From NCBI GenBank assembly GCA_963793305.1, contig CAWBZV010000003.1, positions 1,152,001-1,216,000 on the forward strand: DNA of 64,000 nucleotides, read 5' to 3'. The notes under the pieces are model-generated. The model saw only the letters and a list, made by a program, of their open reading frames with translations. It ran no database searches and was not told the origin of the DNA. Of the stretch, positions 32,031 through 42,452 are shown in pieces. How positions within the stretch are numbered: the stretch's first letter is position 1; each line of letters opens with the position of its first letter. The position numbers were made by a program, and so were the translations under genes. The stretch comes from an uncultured Gemmatimonadales bacterium. GTDB taxonomy: Bacteria > Gemmatimonadota > Gemmatimonadetes > Gemmatimonadales > Gemmatimonadaceae.

Positions 32031-32578
32031 GGCTTGCGTTCTATCGCCCATCCCGCCGCGACGATCGCGACGACGGTCGAAACGGCGACCACGCGGAGTC
32101 GAAGCGGCATCAGTCGATCCACGCCGACGAGCACGACCGCGACGGCGGACAGCACGACGATCTGCCCGAGCTCAATGCCGACATTGAACCCGAACAACGG
32201 GAGGGCGACATGATCGACGAACAGGCTCCGCAGATAGTTGGCGAACCCGGCGCCGTGCACGAGCCCGAACACCCCGGCAAACACGGGCCGATATCTCCCA
32301 CCGTCCCGGACGATGAGATTCTCGACCGCGGTCAGCATGATCGTCACGGGGATGAGAAATTCGATCCAGGACGACGGGAGGGTGAGCGCGCCGGTGACGG
32401 CCAACGCGAGCGTGATCGAGTGCCCGATCGTGAACGCCGAGACGACCCACAACGCTCGGCGCCAATCACTGGGGCGGTAGATCGCGGCCAACGCCAACAA
32501 GAACAGGATATGATCCGCGGCGCTCGGATCCACGATGTGCCGGAACCCGAGTTGCACGAACGTGAGCCAATCACTCAT
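32024..32578 (-). CDS. HupE/UreJ-family membrane protein
   Basis: LGFRHI...DHILF, AFTIGHSITL, FGLVHG.GF, FNVGIELGQ. Confidence 0.9.
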   Translation of the reverse strand: MSDWLTFVQLGFRHIVDPSAADHILFLLALAAIYRPSDWRRALWVVSAFTIGHSITLALAVTGALTLPSSWIEFLIPVTIMLTAVENLIVRDGGRYRPVFAGVFGLVHGAGFANYLRSLFVDHVALPLFGFNVGIELGQIVVLSAVAVVLVGVDRLMPLRLRVVAVSTVVAIVAAGWAIERKPW

Positions 32579-33746
32579 GGTGCAGCGCCCGCGCGATCAT
32601 GCTCGCATGAAAAACGAGCTGGGGATCCTTGGTCCCTTGACTCAGTGCCATCGTCATCGCGCGCTGCGCTTCGGCGTACCGGCCACTGTGGTACAGCGCC
32701 CAGGCGAGCACATCGTATCCGTAGATATCTCGGCGGGTGCGGAGCTCGAGGCGCGCCTTGCGCAGCACTTCCGGGACCCGAAGCGAGTGATCGAGCAAGA
32801 ACAGGCTCCAGGCGCGATGATAGGCGCCAGGCTGGTGAGAGACCGCGACCTCCATCCCGTGGGCGAACTCCCGCGCTTGGGCCGTGTCGCCGAGCGCGAG
32901 ATAGCTGTCGCTGATGGTCCCGAACGTCGCGGGATCGAGCGCGACCGCAACGGCCCGGTTGCCGTAGTCGATGGCGGACTGCCATTCGTGGCGGACCGCC
33001 GCCAGGTGGGCCATCGCAGCCAGGATGCGATAGTCGCCAGGGTGGAGCGCCAACCCCGTGGCGTACGCCTGAGCAGCGCTGTCCTCCTGCCCCATGCGCA
33101 GATCGAGATCACCGAGCCGCATCCAGAACCACGCGCGTTGCTCAGCCGGCAGATCAGGCCGGCGCTGAGCCGCGGCGATCGAGTGGCGGAGCAGCGTCTG
33201 CGCGCGCTCGGGATGTCCCTCGATCTCTTCCCATCGCGCGAGCCGGGGCGCGACAGAGAGGTTCCCAGCGTCCCGCCGGAGCGAATCGAACGTCGCCCGC
33301 GCCTCGTCGTATCGCCCGAGCTCGACGGCGATCTCGCCGCTCATGGCGCGATACGACAGTCGATCGGGGTCGAGCGACTCGAGACTCCGGGAGACGCCCA
33401 GCGCCTCGGCGAACCGGTGCTCTGACAGGAGGCTCGAGGCGAGCACCTGTGCAGCCATTGCATTTCGCGAGATGCGATTGCGCAGCGACCGGCGCGCCGC
33501 GTGCTCGGCGGCCAGAACGTCGTCGTAGTTGCCGCTCTCGCGGCTCCGCACGAGGTAGAGCTGCGCGACGCGCGCGAGATCCATCGCACCGGTCGGATCC
33601 CGACGCGCTCTCGCCTCGTAAAACTGAATATCGAGATCACGGATCTCCGCCTCGCTCCGCGGAGCCTTGGGCGCTTCCGGTGTCGGCGGCCGCTGACAGG
33701 CGCCGAGCGCGAGGAGGGCGGCGAGCGAAGCGAGACGGAGGCGCAT
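32571..33746 (-). CDS. TPR lipoprotein
   Basis: Lipobox LGAC, helical repeats, R.DIYGYDVLAWALY. Confidence 0.82.
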   Translation of the reverse strand: MRLRLASLAALLALGACQRPPTPEAPKAPRSEAEIRDLDIQFYEARARRDPTGAMDLARVAQLYLVRSRESGNYDDVLAAEHAARRSLRNRISRNAMAAQVLASSLLSEHRFAEALGVSRSLESLDPDRLSYRAMSGEIAVELGRYDEARATFDSLRRDAGNLSVAPRLARWEEIEGHPERAQTLLRHSIAAAQRRPDLPAEQRAWFWMRLGDLDLRMGQEDSAAQAYATGLALHPGDYRILAAMAHLAAVRHEWQSAIDYGNRAVAVALDPATFGTISDSYLALGDTAQAREFAHGMEVAVSHQPGAYHRAWSLFLLDHSLRVPEVLRKARLELRTRRDIYGYDVLAWALYHSGRYAEAQRAMTMALSQGTKDPQLVFHASMIARALHHE

Positions 33747-33747
33747 T

Positions 33748-34278
33748 TTAGTTTGGATTCCCGACGTACGGGAACGCGGTGAGGTAATCCGTGTGCGCCG
33801 GCACATTGTCGTTGCACAAAGCGGGGCAACTATTGTCGGCACTCTCGATCAGCGTGCCGAAGATGGCATCGAGTCCCGCGGCAGTAACGTCGTCGCTTAG
33901 CTTCCGGCCACCGTAGCCATTGGCGAGCGCCCACGTGAGCCACCCGGCGGTCGACGGGTCTTTGTCCGTCTGCACAATGAGCATATCGGGCAACAACACT
34001 GCAGCGAGCGTGTTCTGCACGGTCGTATCGCGACCGGCCACTGTCGCGACAAAGTTCTTGAACTCGGGTTCGATGATCGTGTCATCCGCGGGCCCGAGCG
34101 CTCCGTGCACCGGATGGCTTCGCTTCGCGAGAAACACTTCGCTGACGAGCGGATTGCCGAGGCGCTGTACTTGATCGTACGCACGCGTCGTGCTCGGCCC
34201 CGTGGTCGTCGTCGTGTGATCGCTGGAGCACGCGACGCCGAGCGCCAACAGGCCGACGAGGGAAAGGCGGCGATACAT
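33748..34278 (-). CDS. DUF4331-family lipoprotein
   Basis: Lipobox GVAC; QVQRLGNP, GRKLSDDV, FPYVG.P. Confidence 0.8.
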   Translation of the reverse strand: MYRRLSLVGLLALGVACSSDHTTTTTGPSTTRAYDQVQRLGNPLVSEVFLAKRSHPVHGALGPADDTIIEPEFKNFVATVAGRDTTVQNTLAAVLLPDMLIVQTDKDPSTAGWLTWALANGYGGRKLSDDVTAAGLDAIFGTLIESADNSCPALCNDNVPAHTDYLTAFPYVGNPN

Positions 34279-34298
34279 ATTCGAGTAGTCTCCGATGA

Positions 34299-35010
34299 TT
34301 AGCGGCTGATGGTGCCCCAGAGGCCGAGCTTCGTGTTCCCGCCCGCCGTCAGCATCGACGTGGGAAGCTCGACGACGATCGACAGCACGTTGTGTCCCTT
34401 GACGTAGTCGATGCCGGGATTCCGGAACGAGGTGGCCGACTGCGTCGAGGGCAACTGGGCGAGCGGACCAGTGACCGGCTTGCGATCGGGCAGGATGCGG
34501 AAGAACTGCTCGAGGTCGATGAAGAACGGATCGCTGCGCGCGCCGGCGAACAGCTGAATTCCCGTGTTCGAGCCCAGCATCGTGTTCACTTTGCCCGTCA
34601 GGACGGGCTTGCTCGCCGTCAGCGTGTTCTGCATGGCGCCGACAACCGGTGGCGCGATCGGACCGTAGAGTGACACGGTCTGATTGGCGCCCGTGCCGGT
34701 AAACACGACCTGCATGACGAGATCTTCTTTCGCATCACCGCTGTTGTCGATCTTGAACTGGTACAGCAGGTTCGGATCGAACGACGTGCTCGGCGTTTCG
34801 GCCGGCGTCAGGAACGCCCAACTGTTCAGCACGAGCGCGATGCGGCCCGATGACGAGCCGGGGAACGCGTAGAAATCCGTCATATCCATTGACGGATTGA
34901 GCTCGAACGTCCGGGCTGTCCTGATGATCGGACGCCAAGACATGCCGCGTAGTCAGCACGCCGACGCCGAGCGCGACGACCACGCCGGCGACGAGCAGAC
35001 GAGAGTGCAT
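34299..35010 (-). CDS. DUF4331-family exported protein, frameshifted near 34906
   Basis: GGAGG SD; ASDHQDSP, then D.TDFYAF, Y.FKIDN.GD, FAG.RSDPFFIDL, NV.SIVVELP in the adjacent frame. Confidence 0.85.
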
Positions 35011-35044
35011 TACCACCTCCAAGTGAGTGACATGTGCGGACTCT

Positions 35045-35122
35045 TACGCCACGATGCGTGGATCGGATCGGTCGCTTGACGCGACTGTGACGCGACAGAT
35101 CCGATGCGCGGAATTCTGCGTA
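35045..35122. promoter_or_regulatory. Back-to-back ECF-type promoters GATCC-N16-CGTA
   Basis: Minus copy at 35069-35045 and plus copy at 35098-35122, with identical spacing. Confidence 0.7.
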
Positions 35123-35132
35123 TGTTTGATTC

Positions 35133-37074
35133 GTGCGCCGCGTCTTGATGGCTCTCGCGCTGGCTACGACGGCGGTATCCGCGCAAGACAGTACGAAGAA
35201 GGCGCTCGACACCGTACGCGTCGTGAGCCACGCCGATGACTTGCACGGCATCGCGCCGTCCGCGTCCGAAGGCCACGTCGATATAGAGGAGCTTCGCGCA
35301 CTCCCCCTCTCACGCGAGGGCGAGCTGCTGGAGACCGTGCCCGGCATGATCGTCACGCAGCACTCGGGCGAGGGCAAGGCGAATCAATATTTCGCGCGCG
35401 GGTTCAACCTGGATCACGGAACCGATTTCGCGACGAGCGTCGACGGGATGCCGGTCAACGATCCGTCGCACGCGCACGGCCAGGGCTACACGGATCTCAA
35501 CTTTCTGATCCCCGAGCTCGTAACGTCGCTGGACTACCGACTCGGCGTGTACTATGCCGATGTCGGCGACTTCGGCAGCGCAGGCTCGAGCGAGTTCCAT
35601 CTCGCCCAACACCTGGCCACGCCATTCGTGAGCCTCACGAGCGGCGAGAACGGCCTCAATCGCATCGTCGCCGCGGGTTCGGCCGGTGATCTCCTCGTTG
35701 CTGGTGAAGTCAAAGGCTACGACGGTCCGTGGCGACTGGCCGAAGAAGAGCGGAAGTTCAGCGGGCTCCTTCGCTACTCATGGAGCGACGTCTCGATCCT
35801 CGCCATGGGGTATCACAACAAGTGGCGGTCGAATGATCAAGTCCCGCTGCGCGCGATCGACGACGATGTCATCAGCCGCTTCGGGCAAATCGATAGCACC
35901 GATGGCGGCCAATCAGATCGCTATAGCCTCTCGGGCACCTGGCGTCATGTCGGAGCGCGTTCGCTTCAGACCGTATCACTCTACGGCATCGAATCGGACC
36001 TCAATCTCTACTCTGACTTCACGTATTTTCTCGAAGACCCCGTTCACGGGGACCAGTTCAATCAGCGCGAGCGCCGAACCACCCTCGGCGGCCAGGCGAC
36101 GGACGCCGTATCGCTCGGCAACGGCCAGACGCTGACCGTTGGCCTCCAGTTCCGAGACGACATCATCCCATCAACCGGTCTGTATCACACCGAGCACGAG
36201 GTGCGTCTGTGCACGGTACTCCAGGACCGCATCGACGAATGGAGCACGGGTGCATTCACCCAGCTCTCTTCACACTGGGAACCATGGTTTCGCACGGTGT
36301 TTGGCCTGCGCGGTGACGAGTACCAGTTCGAACGTCAACGGCGGCCATCGCGGAGCCAGCATCGCGAGCCCAAAGGCGTCCTTCATATTCACGCCATCGA
36401 ACGTGGTCGAGCTCTATCTCAACGGCGGTTTTGGTTTCCACAGCGACGACGCGCGCACGCCGGCGCTCGTCCGCTCACGCGGCGCCGAGGTCGGGCTTCG
36501 GACCGATCTGGCGAAAGGCTGGACGTCGACGGTTGCGTTCTGGGCGCTGAACCTGGACAGCGAGTTGATCTGGGACGGCGATCACGGGACCGACGCGCCA
36601 TCGTTCCCGAGCGACCGCTTCGGCGTCACGTGGTCGAATGTCTACCGCCCAATTCCTCAGCTCGCGTTCGACCTGGACGCATCGTATGTCCACGCCCGCT
36701 TCGTGGGCCAGGCGCAACCGTTCATTCCGGGCGCACTCGACAACACGCTCGTCGGCGGCATCACCTGGACGCCGGCCACGCATGGGATCTTCGCCGCGCT
36801 GCACGTCCGCCGCTTCGGCTCGTACCCATTGGTGCAAAGCGACAGTGTCCGCGCACCATCAACGATGGTCGCCAATGCCGACGCGGGATACTCGCTCGCC
36901 GCCGGCGTCCGCGTCCAGCTCACGCTGCTCAACATGTTCAATTCACTCGGCGACGACATCGACTACTACTACGCGTCGCGGCTCCCGGGCGAGCCCGCAT
37001 CAGGCGTGTTGGATCAGCACTTGCACCCGATCGAGCCGCGACAGCTCCGCGTGTCACTCTCCTGGGGCCTCTGA
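35133..37074 (+). CDS. TonB-dependent receptor, frameshifted near 36330
   Basis: Plug motif QHSGEGKANQYF.RGFNLDHGTDF; second frame SPK...GFHSDDAR...HPIEPR.LR; terminal aromatic strand. Confidence 0.9.
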
Positions 37075-37629
37075 CGGCGGCCAGCCGAACAGCCGGTTGA
37101 CCGCCACGCGGAATCCGGGCAACACCTCGCCACCATCCAGGAACTCGCCGTTTCCGAGGATGTACGGCCGCGCATCCGGCGCGTGCACCGCCACGGTGCG
37201 CTTCTTCGGATCCGCGAGCCACACGAGGCGCGTCCCGTTCGCGAAGTACTCGGCCATCTTCGTAGCCATTTCGCGTGCAGAATTGCTCGGCGACAGGACT
37301 TCAACGGCGAGATCGGGCGTCAGGTCCGGGATTTCCGAGTCCCGCACTCCCTTGGCGCGCGCGTGAGTGATGAACGACACGTCTGGACGTCGAACCGTAT
37401 CCGGACCGCGTTGTGTCTGATAGTCCATCTCCGGCCACAAAAATCCGATCGGGTGCGTCTCCAGGTAGTGCTGGATGACGTAGCCAATCTGGCCGGCCGT
37501 ATATACGTGCGGACGTCGGGGCTGATCCCGTACCTCGAAGACGATGACCCCTCGCACGAGCTCGGTCTTGCCGTCGTCCAGGTCCAACGCCCCGTACTCA
37601 GCTGCTGTGTACAACCGTCTCTCACTCAT
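37054..37629 (-). CDS. Uma2/DUF820-family PD-(D/E)XK endonuclease-like protein
   Basis: ELVRG, RRPDVSF, PDLAVEVLSPSN, Y..NG..LVW..DP, LPGF. Confidence 0.92.
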   Translation of the reverse strand: MSERRLYTAAEYGALDLDDGKTELVRGVIVFEVRDQPRRPHVYTAGQIGYVIQHYLETHPIGFLWPEMDYQTQRGPDTVRRPDVSFITHARAKGVRDSEIPDLTPDLAVEVLSPSNSAREMATKMAEYFANGTRLVWLADPKKRTVAVHAPDARPYILGNGEFLDGGEVLPGFRVAVNRLFGWPPSEAPGE

Positions 37630-38177
37630 GCGGCGGCCAGCGGAAGAGCTTCTTCACCTCGCCCCGGAATCCAGGCAGCACGTCGCCGCCATCGAGAAAC
37701 TCCTCGCTGGCCAGTACGTGGGACAGCGCTCCGGGTGCGAGTACAGTGACCGTTCGCTTCATTGGATCAGGGATCCAAACGAGACGTGTACCCATGGCGA
37801 AGTACTCCGCGACCTTCTTCGCTATCTCTTGCTCCGTGTTGCTCGGCGACAGCACTTCGATCGCGAGATCGGGCGCCACTTGGACGAACTCATCGCCCTT
37901 CACTTTCTTGGCGCGCTCGTAGGTTAGAAAAGACGCGTTCGGACCGCGAACGGTGTCGGGATTACGCTCCGTCACGTATCCCACCCGCGCCAACGCCACG
38001 CCGATCGGGTGGGTCTCCAGATGATTTCCGATGGCGTACGCGATCTCGGCCCACGGTGAATGCGTGCGCCGGGAGCACCGGCCCCAGGACTTGGATGACT
38101 CCTCGCACGAGCTCAGTGCGCCTATCGTCCTCCAATTCCGCGTACTCCTCTGCTGTGTACAGTCGCATAAATCCCAT
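37622..38177 (-). CDS. Uma2-family paralog, frameshifted near 38050
   Basis: RLYTAEEY...ELVRG in one frame, PDLAIEVLSPSN...LPGF in the next. Confidence 0.88.
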
Positions 38178-38291
38178 GTTAGCTCCTGGTTGTGGATCCC
38201 CGTAACGTGGAATCCGGCACGGTGCCGATTATCATCCGTGCGAGATGGTTATCATCGATAGCTCGTACCGACGTATTTCGTGAGACCTAAC

Positions 38292-40032
38292 ATGCCCAGA
38301 CTGTTCGCCTTGCTCGCTCTCGCCGCCCTGCCATTGCAGGCGCAGCGCATTCTCGTGTCGCTCCCCGCGAACGCAACGTCGCTCCCACGTGATGGCCGTC
38401 TCATTCTGCTACTCTCGACTGACAGCACCGACGAGCCACGCCATCAGATCAACTATCACGACAACACGCAGCAGATGTTCGGGATCAATGTCCACGACCT
38501 GAGCTCGTCGCATCCCGGCGTGTTCGACACGAAAGTCTTCGGGTATCCAAAGGAGAGCTTGGCCGACGTACCAGTTGGCGATTACTGGATCCAGGCCGTC
38601 CTGCATCCCTACGAGGTCTACCACCGGGGCGACGGTCACACGGTCGAGCTGCCGCCGGATCACGGCGAAGGCCAGCACTGGGAGAGCGCACCGGGCTCGC
38701 CGATGAGCCGGCCGACGCATATCCACTTCGATCCGCATAGCGGCAATCTGATTCGCATCACGCTCGACACGGTGATGCCACCGCTGCCGGAGACCCCCGA
38801 CACGAAGTACGTCAAGCACATTCGCATCCAGAGCGATCGCTTGACCAAGTTCTGGGGCCGGCCGACCTACCTCGGCGCGATCGTGTTGCTGCCCGAGGGA
38901 TTCGATACGCATCCCGACGCGCACTATCCGCTGGCCGTCTACGAGGGCCACTTCCAGCGCGCACCCTCGGGGTGGCGCGAGGAGCCGCCGGATATGACGC
39001 TGCCCGCGCCAAACCTCGAGGAGATTGCCCACGATTGTCCGAATGGCAGCGCCTTGGAACACTGCGATCGCGCCGCCATACGGCGTCTCGGCCAAGAACA
39101 ATCGTACGCGTTCTATAAGCAGTGGACCGGACCGGGCTTCCCACGCGTCATCATGGTCACGATCCAGCACGCCAACCCGTACTATGATGATTCGTACGCG
39201 GTGAACTCGGCCAACGTCGGCCCGTACGGTGACGCGATCACGTATGAGCTGATCCCGTACATCGAGCAGCACTATCGCGGCCTTGGGCCCTGGGCTCGCT
39301 CACTCTACGGCGGCTCCACGGGCGGCTGGGAAGCACTCGGCGTGCAAGTGTTCTATCCCGATCAGTACAATGGCGCCTGGGCATTCTGTCCCGATCCGAT
39401 CGACTTCCAGGCCTACACGAACATCGACCTCTATCACGACAAGAACGCGTATTACTCCGAGGGCTACTGGCGCCGCACGCCGCGCCTCGGGGAGCGCACC
39501 TACCTCGGCCAGGAGCTTTCGACCGTCGAGCAGCAGAACATGGTGGAGCTCGTGCGCGGAACGCACTCGCGCTCCGGCGAGCAGTGGGACATTCTGGGAG
39601 GCCGTGTACTCGCCCATCGGCACGGACGGATATCCGCAACGGATCTGGGACAAGCGCACCGGTGTGATCGACACGAGCGTCGCCGCCTATTGGCGGGAGC
39701 ACTATGACCTCGTGCACATCATGCAACGCGACTGGGGCACGCTGGGGCCGAAGCTCAAGGGCAAGATCCACTTGTACGCCGGGCTGTCCGATTCGTGGAT
39801 GCTGAACGATGCCGTCTACCTGGCCGAAGACTTCCTGAAGTCGACCCACGACCCGGCGGCCGACGCCGTCGTCGAGTACGGGGCACGGGATGAGCATTGC
39901 TGGACCGGGGATCACGATCACCCGAACACCATCGGGCGCGGGACTACGAACGAGCGGATCATCCCGCAGATGGTGAAACGCTGGCTGCAAACCGCACCCG
40001 CGGGGGCCGATACAACCAGTTGGCGATATTAG
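38292..40032 (+). CDS. Exported putative esterase (alpha/beta hydrolase), frameshifted near 39592
   Basis: Signal peptide, GGSTGG nucleophile elbow, PDPIDF; C-terminal WEAVYSP...GKIHL...EHCW in the next frame. Confidence 0.82.
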
Positions 40033-40126
40033 GTGTCCCAGGGACTAGCCGGGCCGCCCCGCGAGACGGCCAGGTCGCCAACGCCTGGTTGTCCGAGGCG
40101 GCGGATATCCCCAACGTGCCCTACGG

Positions 40127-41746
40127 ATGATCATTCCACTGCTGCTCCAACTCTGGGTCGCCGATACGACCTTTGGCCCCCGCGCGCGGGGTGAGCTCGT
40201 CATCGACGGGTCTTCGGCACACATCGCCAGCCTGACGGCTCAGGTCCGCCGCGCCGGCGATTCCGTCATGGTGACATTCCCCGATTCGCAGGGCGCGTTT
40301 CGCGGCGTTCGCCGCACGGGGGACTCGATCACTGGCTTTTGGGTCCAGCCGCGCGGAATGGTGAGTGGCGTGAAGTACGCGACACCCGTCATGCTGCGCC
40401 GCATTGGATCGGACAAATGGCGCGGCGAGGTCCAGCCGCTCAACGAGCATTTCACGCTCTATATGCGCATGGTGCGTGACTCGGGCGTGACGTTTCGCGT
40501 GCCCGAGCGCAATTACCTCGGTGGCCAGGGCTACGCACGGTACTTCATACAGCACGACGGTGACTCGGCGCGCTTTGTCGACACCACGCACACGTTCGAG
40601 TCGTTCTCGGGTCGCATGGCCGGGGATCACATTGTCCTCCATTGGCCTAGCGTCGAGGTGCCCGTGACGTTGCACCCGGTGTCGATCGCTCAGATCGCGA
40701 ACTATTACCCTCGCCCGCCTGGTGCGAAGTACGCGTACAAGGCGCCAGTGGCTGACGGCGATGGGTGGCGCGTTGCCCGCGCGTCGGACGTTGGCATGGA
40801 CGAAACCGCTTTGGCCGCGATCGTACAGGAGATCGGTGCGATCGACCCAGTGCCGCGAACAGCGCCACTGATCCAGTCGCTCGTCATCGCGCGCCATGGC
40901 CGCCTCGTGCTCGACGAATATTTCTTTGGCTTCGACGCCGATCGGCTGCACGACCTGCGATCGGCCAGCAAGACGATCACGTCGGTGATGGCCGGCGCCG
41001 CGAAGATCGACATGAGCGCCCCAGCGTATCCGGTGTTCGGAGACACGCAAGCCGATAGGGCGCGTATCACCGTCGGCCATTTCCTGACCCATAGCTCAGG
41101 TCTAGCGTGCGACGATAACGATGACAACTCGCCGGGCAACGAAGACAAGATGTACAACCAGACCGCACAACCGGACTGGTATCGTTTCATCCTCGACCTG
41201 GCGGTCGTGCACGACCCGGGGACGGTCTATGCCTATTGCTCCGGCGGCATCAACGTAGCCGCGGGTGTCGTCGGCCGGACGACCGGCACGTGGATCCCCG
41301 CCTTCTTCGCGCAGAAAGTCGCCGAGCCGCTCGGCATTCACCGTTGGGCGATGAACTTGACGCCAACGGGCGATGGGTATGGCGGCGGTGGACTCTATCT
41401 CCGACCACGCGATCTCTTGAAGCTCGGCGTCGCGTATCTCGACAGCGGCGTCTGGCAAGGCCACCGCATCGTGAGCCCTGACTGGGTGCGCCAGTCAACG
41501 GCGCGCCAGATCGTCACGGGTCCCGAGAGCTGGGACGGCTATGGCTGGCACCTGAACATCCTCCATGCGCCCGGGCACGACTATCCGGATTACGAAGCCA
41601 CAGGCAACGGCGGCCAACTCCTGATCGTCGTCCCGGATCTCGACCTCGCGGTCGTGTTCACCGCCGCGAACTACAACCGCTATCCCATCTGGCGAACGTT
41701 CCGCGAGAATCTCACCGCGAAGGAGATCATTCCGGCGACGCACTAA
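40127..41746 (+). CDS. Serine hydrolase (beta-lactamase-like)
   Basis: SASK (SxxK), LTHSSGL, YCS, LRPRDLLKLG, GNGGQ. Confidence 0.9.
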   Translation: MIIPLLLQLWVADTTFGPRARGELVIDGSSAHIASLTAQVRRAGDSVMVTFPDSQGAFRGVRRTGDSITGFWVQPRGMVSGVKYATPVMLRRIGSDKWRGEVQPLNEHFTLYMRMVRDSGVTFRVPERNYLGGQGYARYFIQHDGDSARFVDTTHTFESFSGRMAGDHIVLHWPSVEVPVTLHPVSIAQIANYYPRPPGAKYAYKAPVADGDGWRVARASDVGMDETALAAIVQEIGAIDPVPRTAPLIQSLVIARHGRLVLDEYFFGFDADRLHDLRSASKTITSVMAGAAKIDMSAPAYPVFGDTQADRARITVGHFLTHSSGLACDDNDDNSPGNEDKMYNQTAQPDWYRFILDLAVVHDPGTVYAYCSGGINVAAGVVGRTTGTWIPAFFAQKVAEPLGIHRWAMNLTPTGDGYGGGGLYLRPRDLLKLGVAYLDSGVWQGHRIVSPDWVRQSTARQIVTGPESWDGYGWHLNILHAPGHDYPDYEATGNGGQLLIVVPDLDLAVVFTAANYNRYPIWRTFRENLTAKEIIPATH

Positions 41747-42382
41747 CGGATCATGTAGACCTTGCGCATGGTCTCATGGACCTCGCAGACGCCATTCCAC
41801 CCCGTGGGAAAACAGGCGAGCGTATCGGGCTCGATCTCGATAACGTCGCCGCTCTCGTGCCAGTACGTGGCACGGCCCGCGATGAAATGACAGAACTCAT
41901 CTTTGCTCACGCCGCACCGCCGAGATGCCCGGCGTGCACGTCCAGACGCCCGACTCGGCGCGCCGGCCGCTCTCGGGCTGCTCGCGGCTCATGAGAATCC
42001 CGGCGGTGTGAGACTGCCCCTCGATCATCGTCGACACCGGTCCCCGATCGACGAGTGGCTCGGCGGTTAGCGCGCCGCGCAACACCGGAGTCCGGTCGCT
42101 CGGGCCGCCGGGACAACGCATATAACTCGCGACGAACGGGTCTTGGACCTCGGCCGCGCCGCGCCATCCCTCCTTGAAATGGATCACGTCGCCCTGCTCG
42201 ATGGCGGTGTCGCCGAACCTCGCGGCGCCGCGAAGGCAAAACCACAGCTCGTCGGCCGCGAAATCGAGCGCGCCGCTCGTGACACGGCGAAGGCCGACTT
42301 CGGCGAGCGGGTCCGCGCGCGTGAACAAGACCCGTGAATCTAACGTTTGCGAGGCATTCGCGATGTGCGGCGCAGAGCTCAT
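41743..42382 (-). CDS. Tandem cupin (DUF861/EutQ-like) protein, frameshifted near 41920
   Basis: ESGVWTCTPG continues, after removing one base, as IWRCGVSKDEFCHFIAGRATY...FPTGWNG.CEVHETMRKVYMIR*. Confidence 0.8.
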
Positions 42383-42452
42383 GAGACTTTTCTTAGGCTG
42401 GTACGTCCAGTGATCGTTGCGCATCAGCGAGGACGGCATCACGACTAATCGT

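Noticed and set aside
37054..38177. Restriction or anti-phage defence locus
   Set aside because: Uma2 genes are commonly expanded in such genomes, and there is no methylase or other defence gene nearby
40033..40126. Structured RNA between the esterase and the serine hydrolase
   Set aside because: Only short GC-rich stems, not distinguishable from chance
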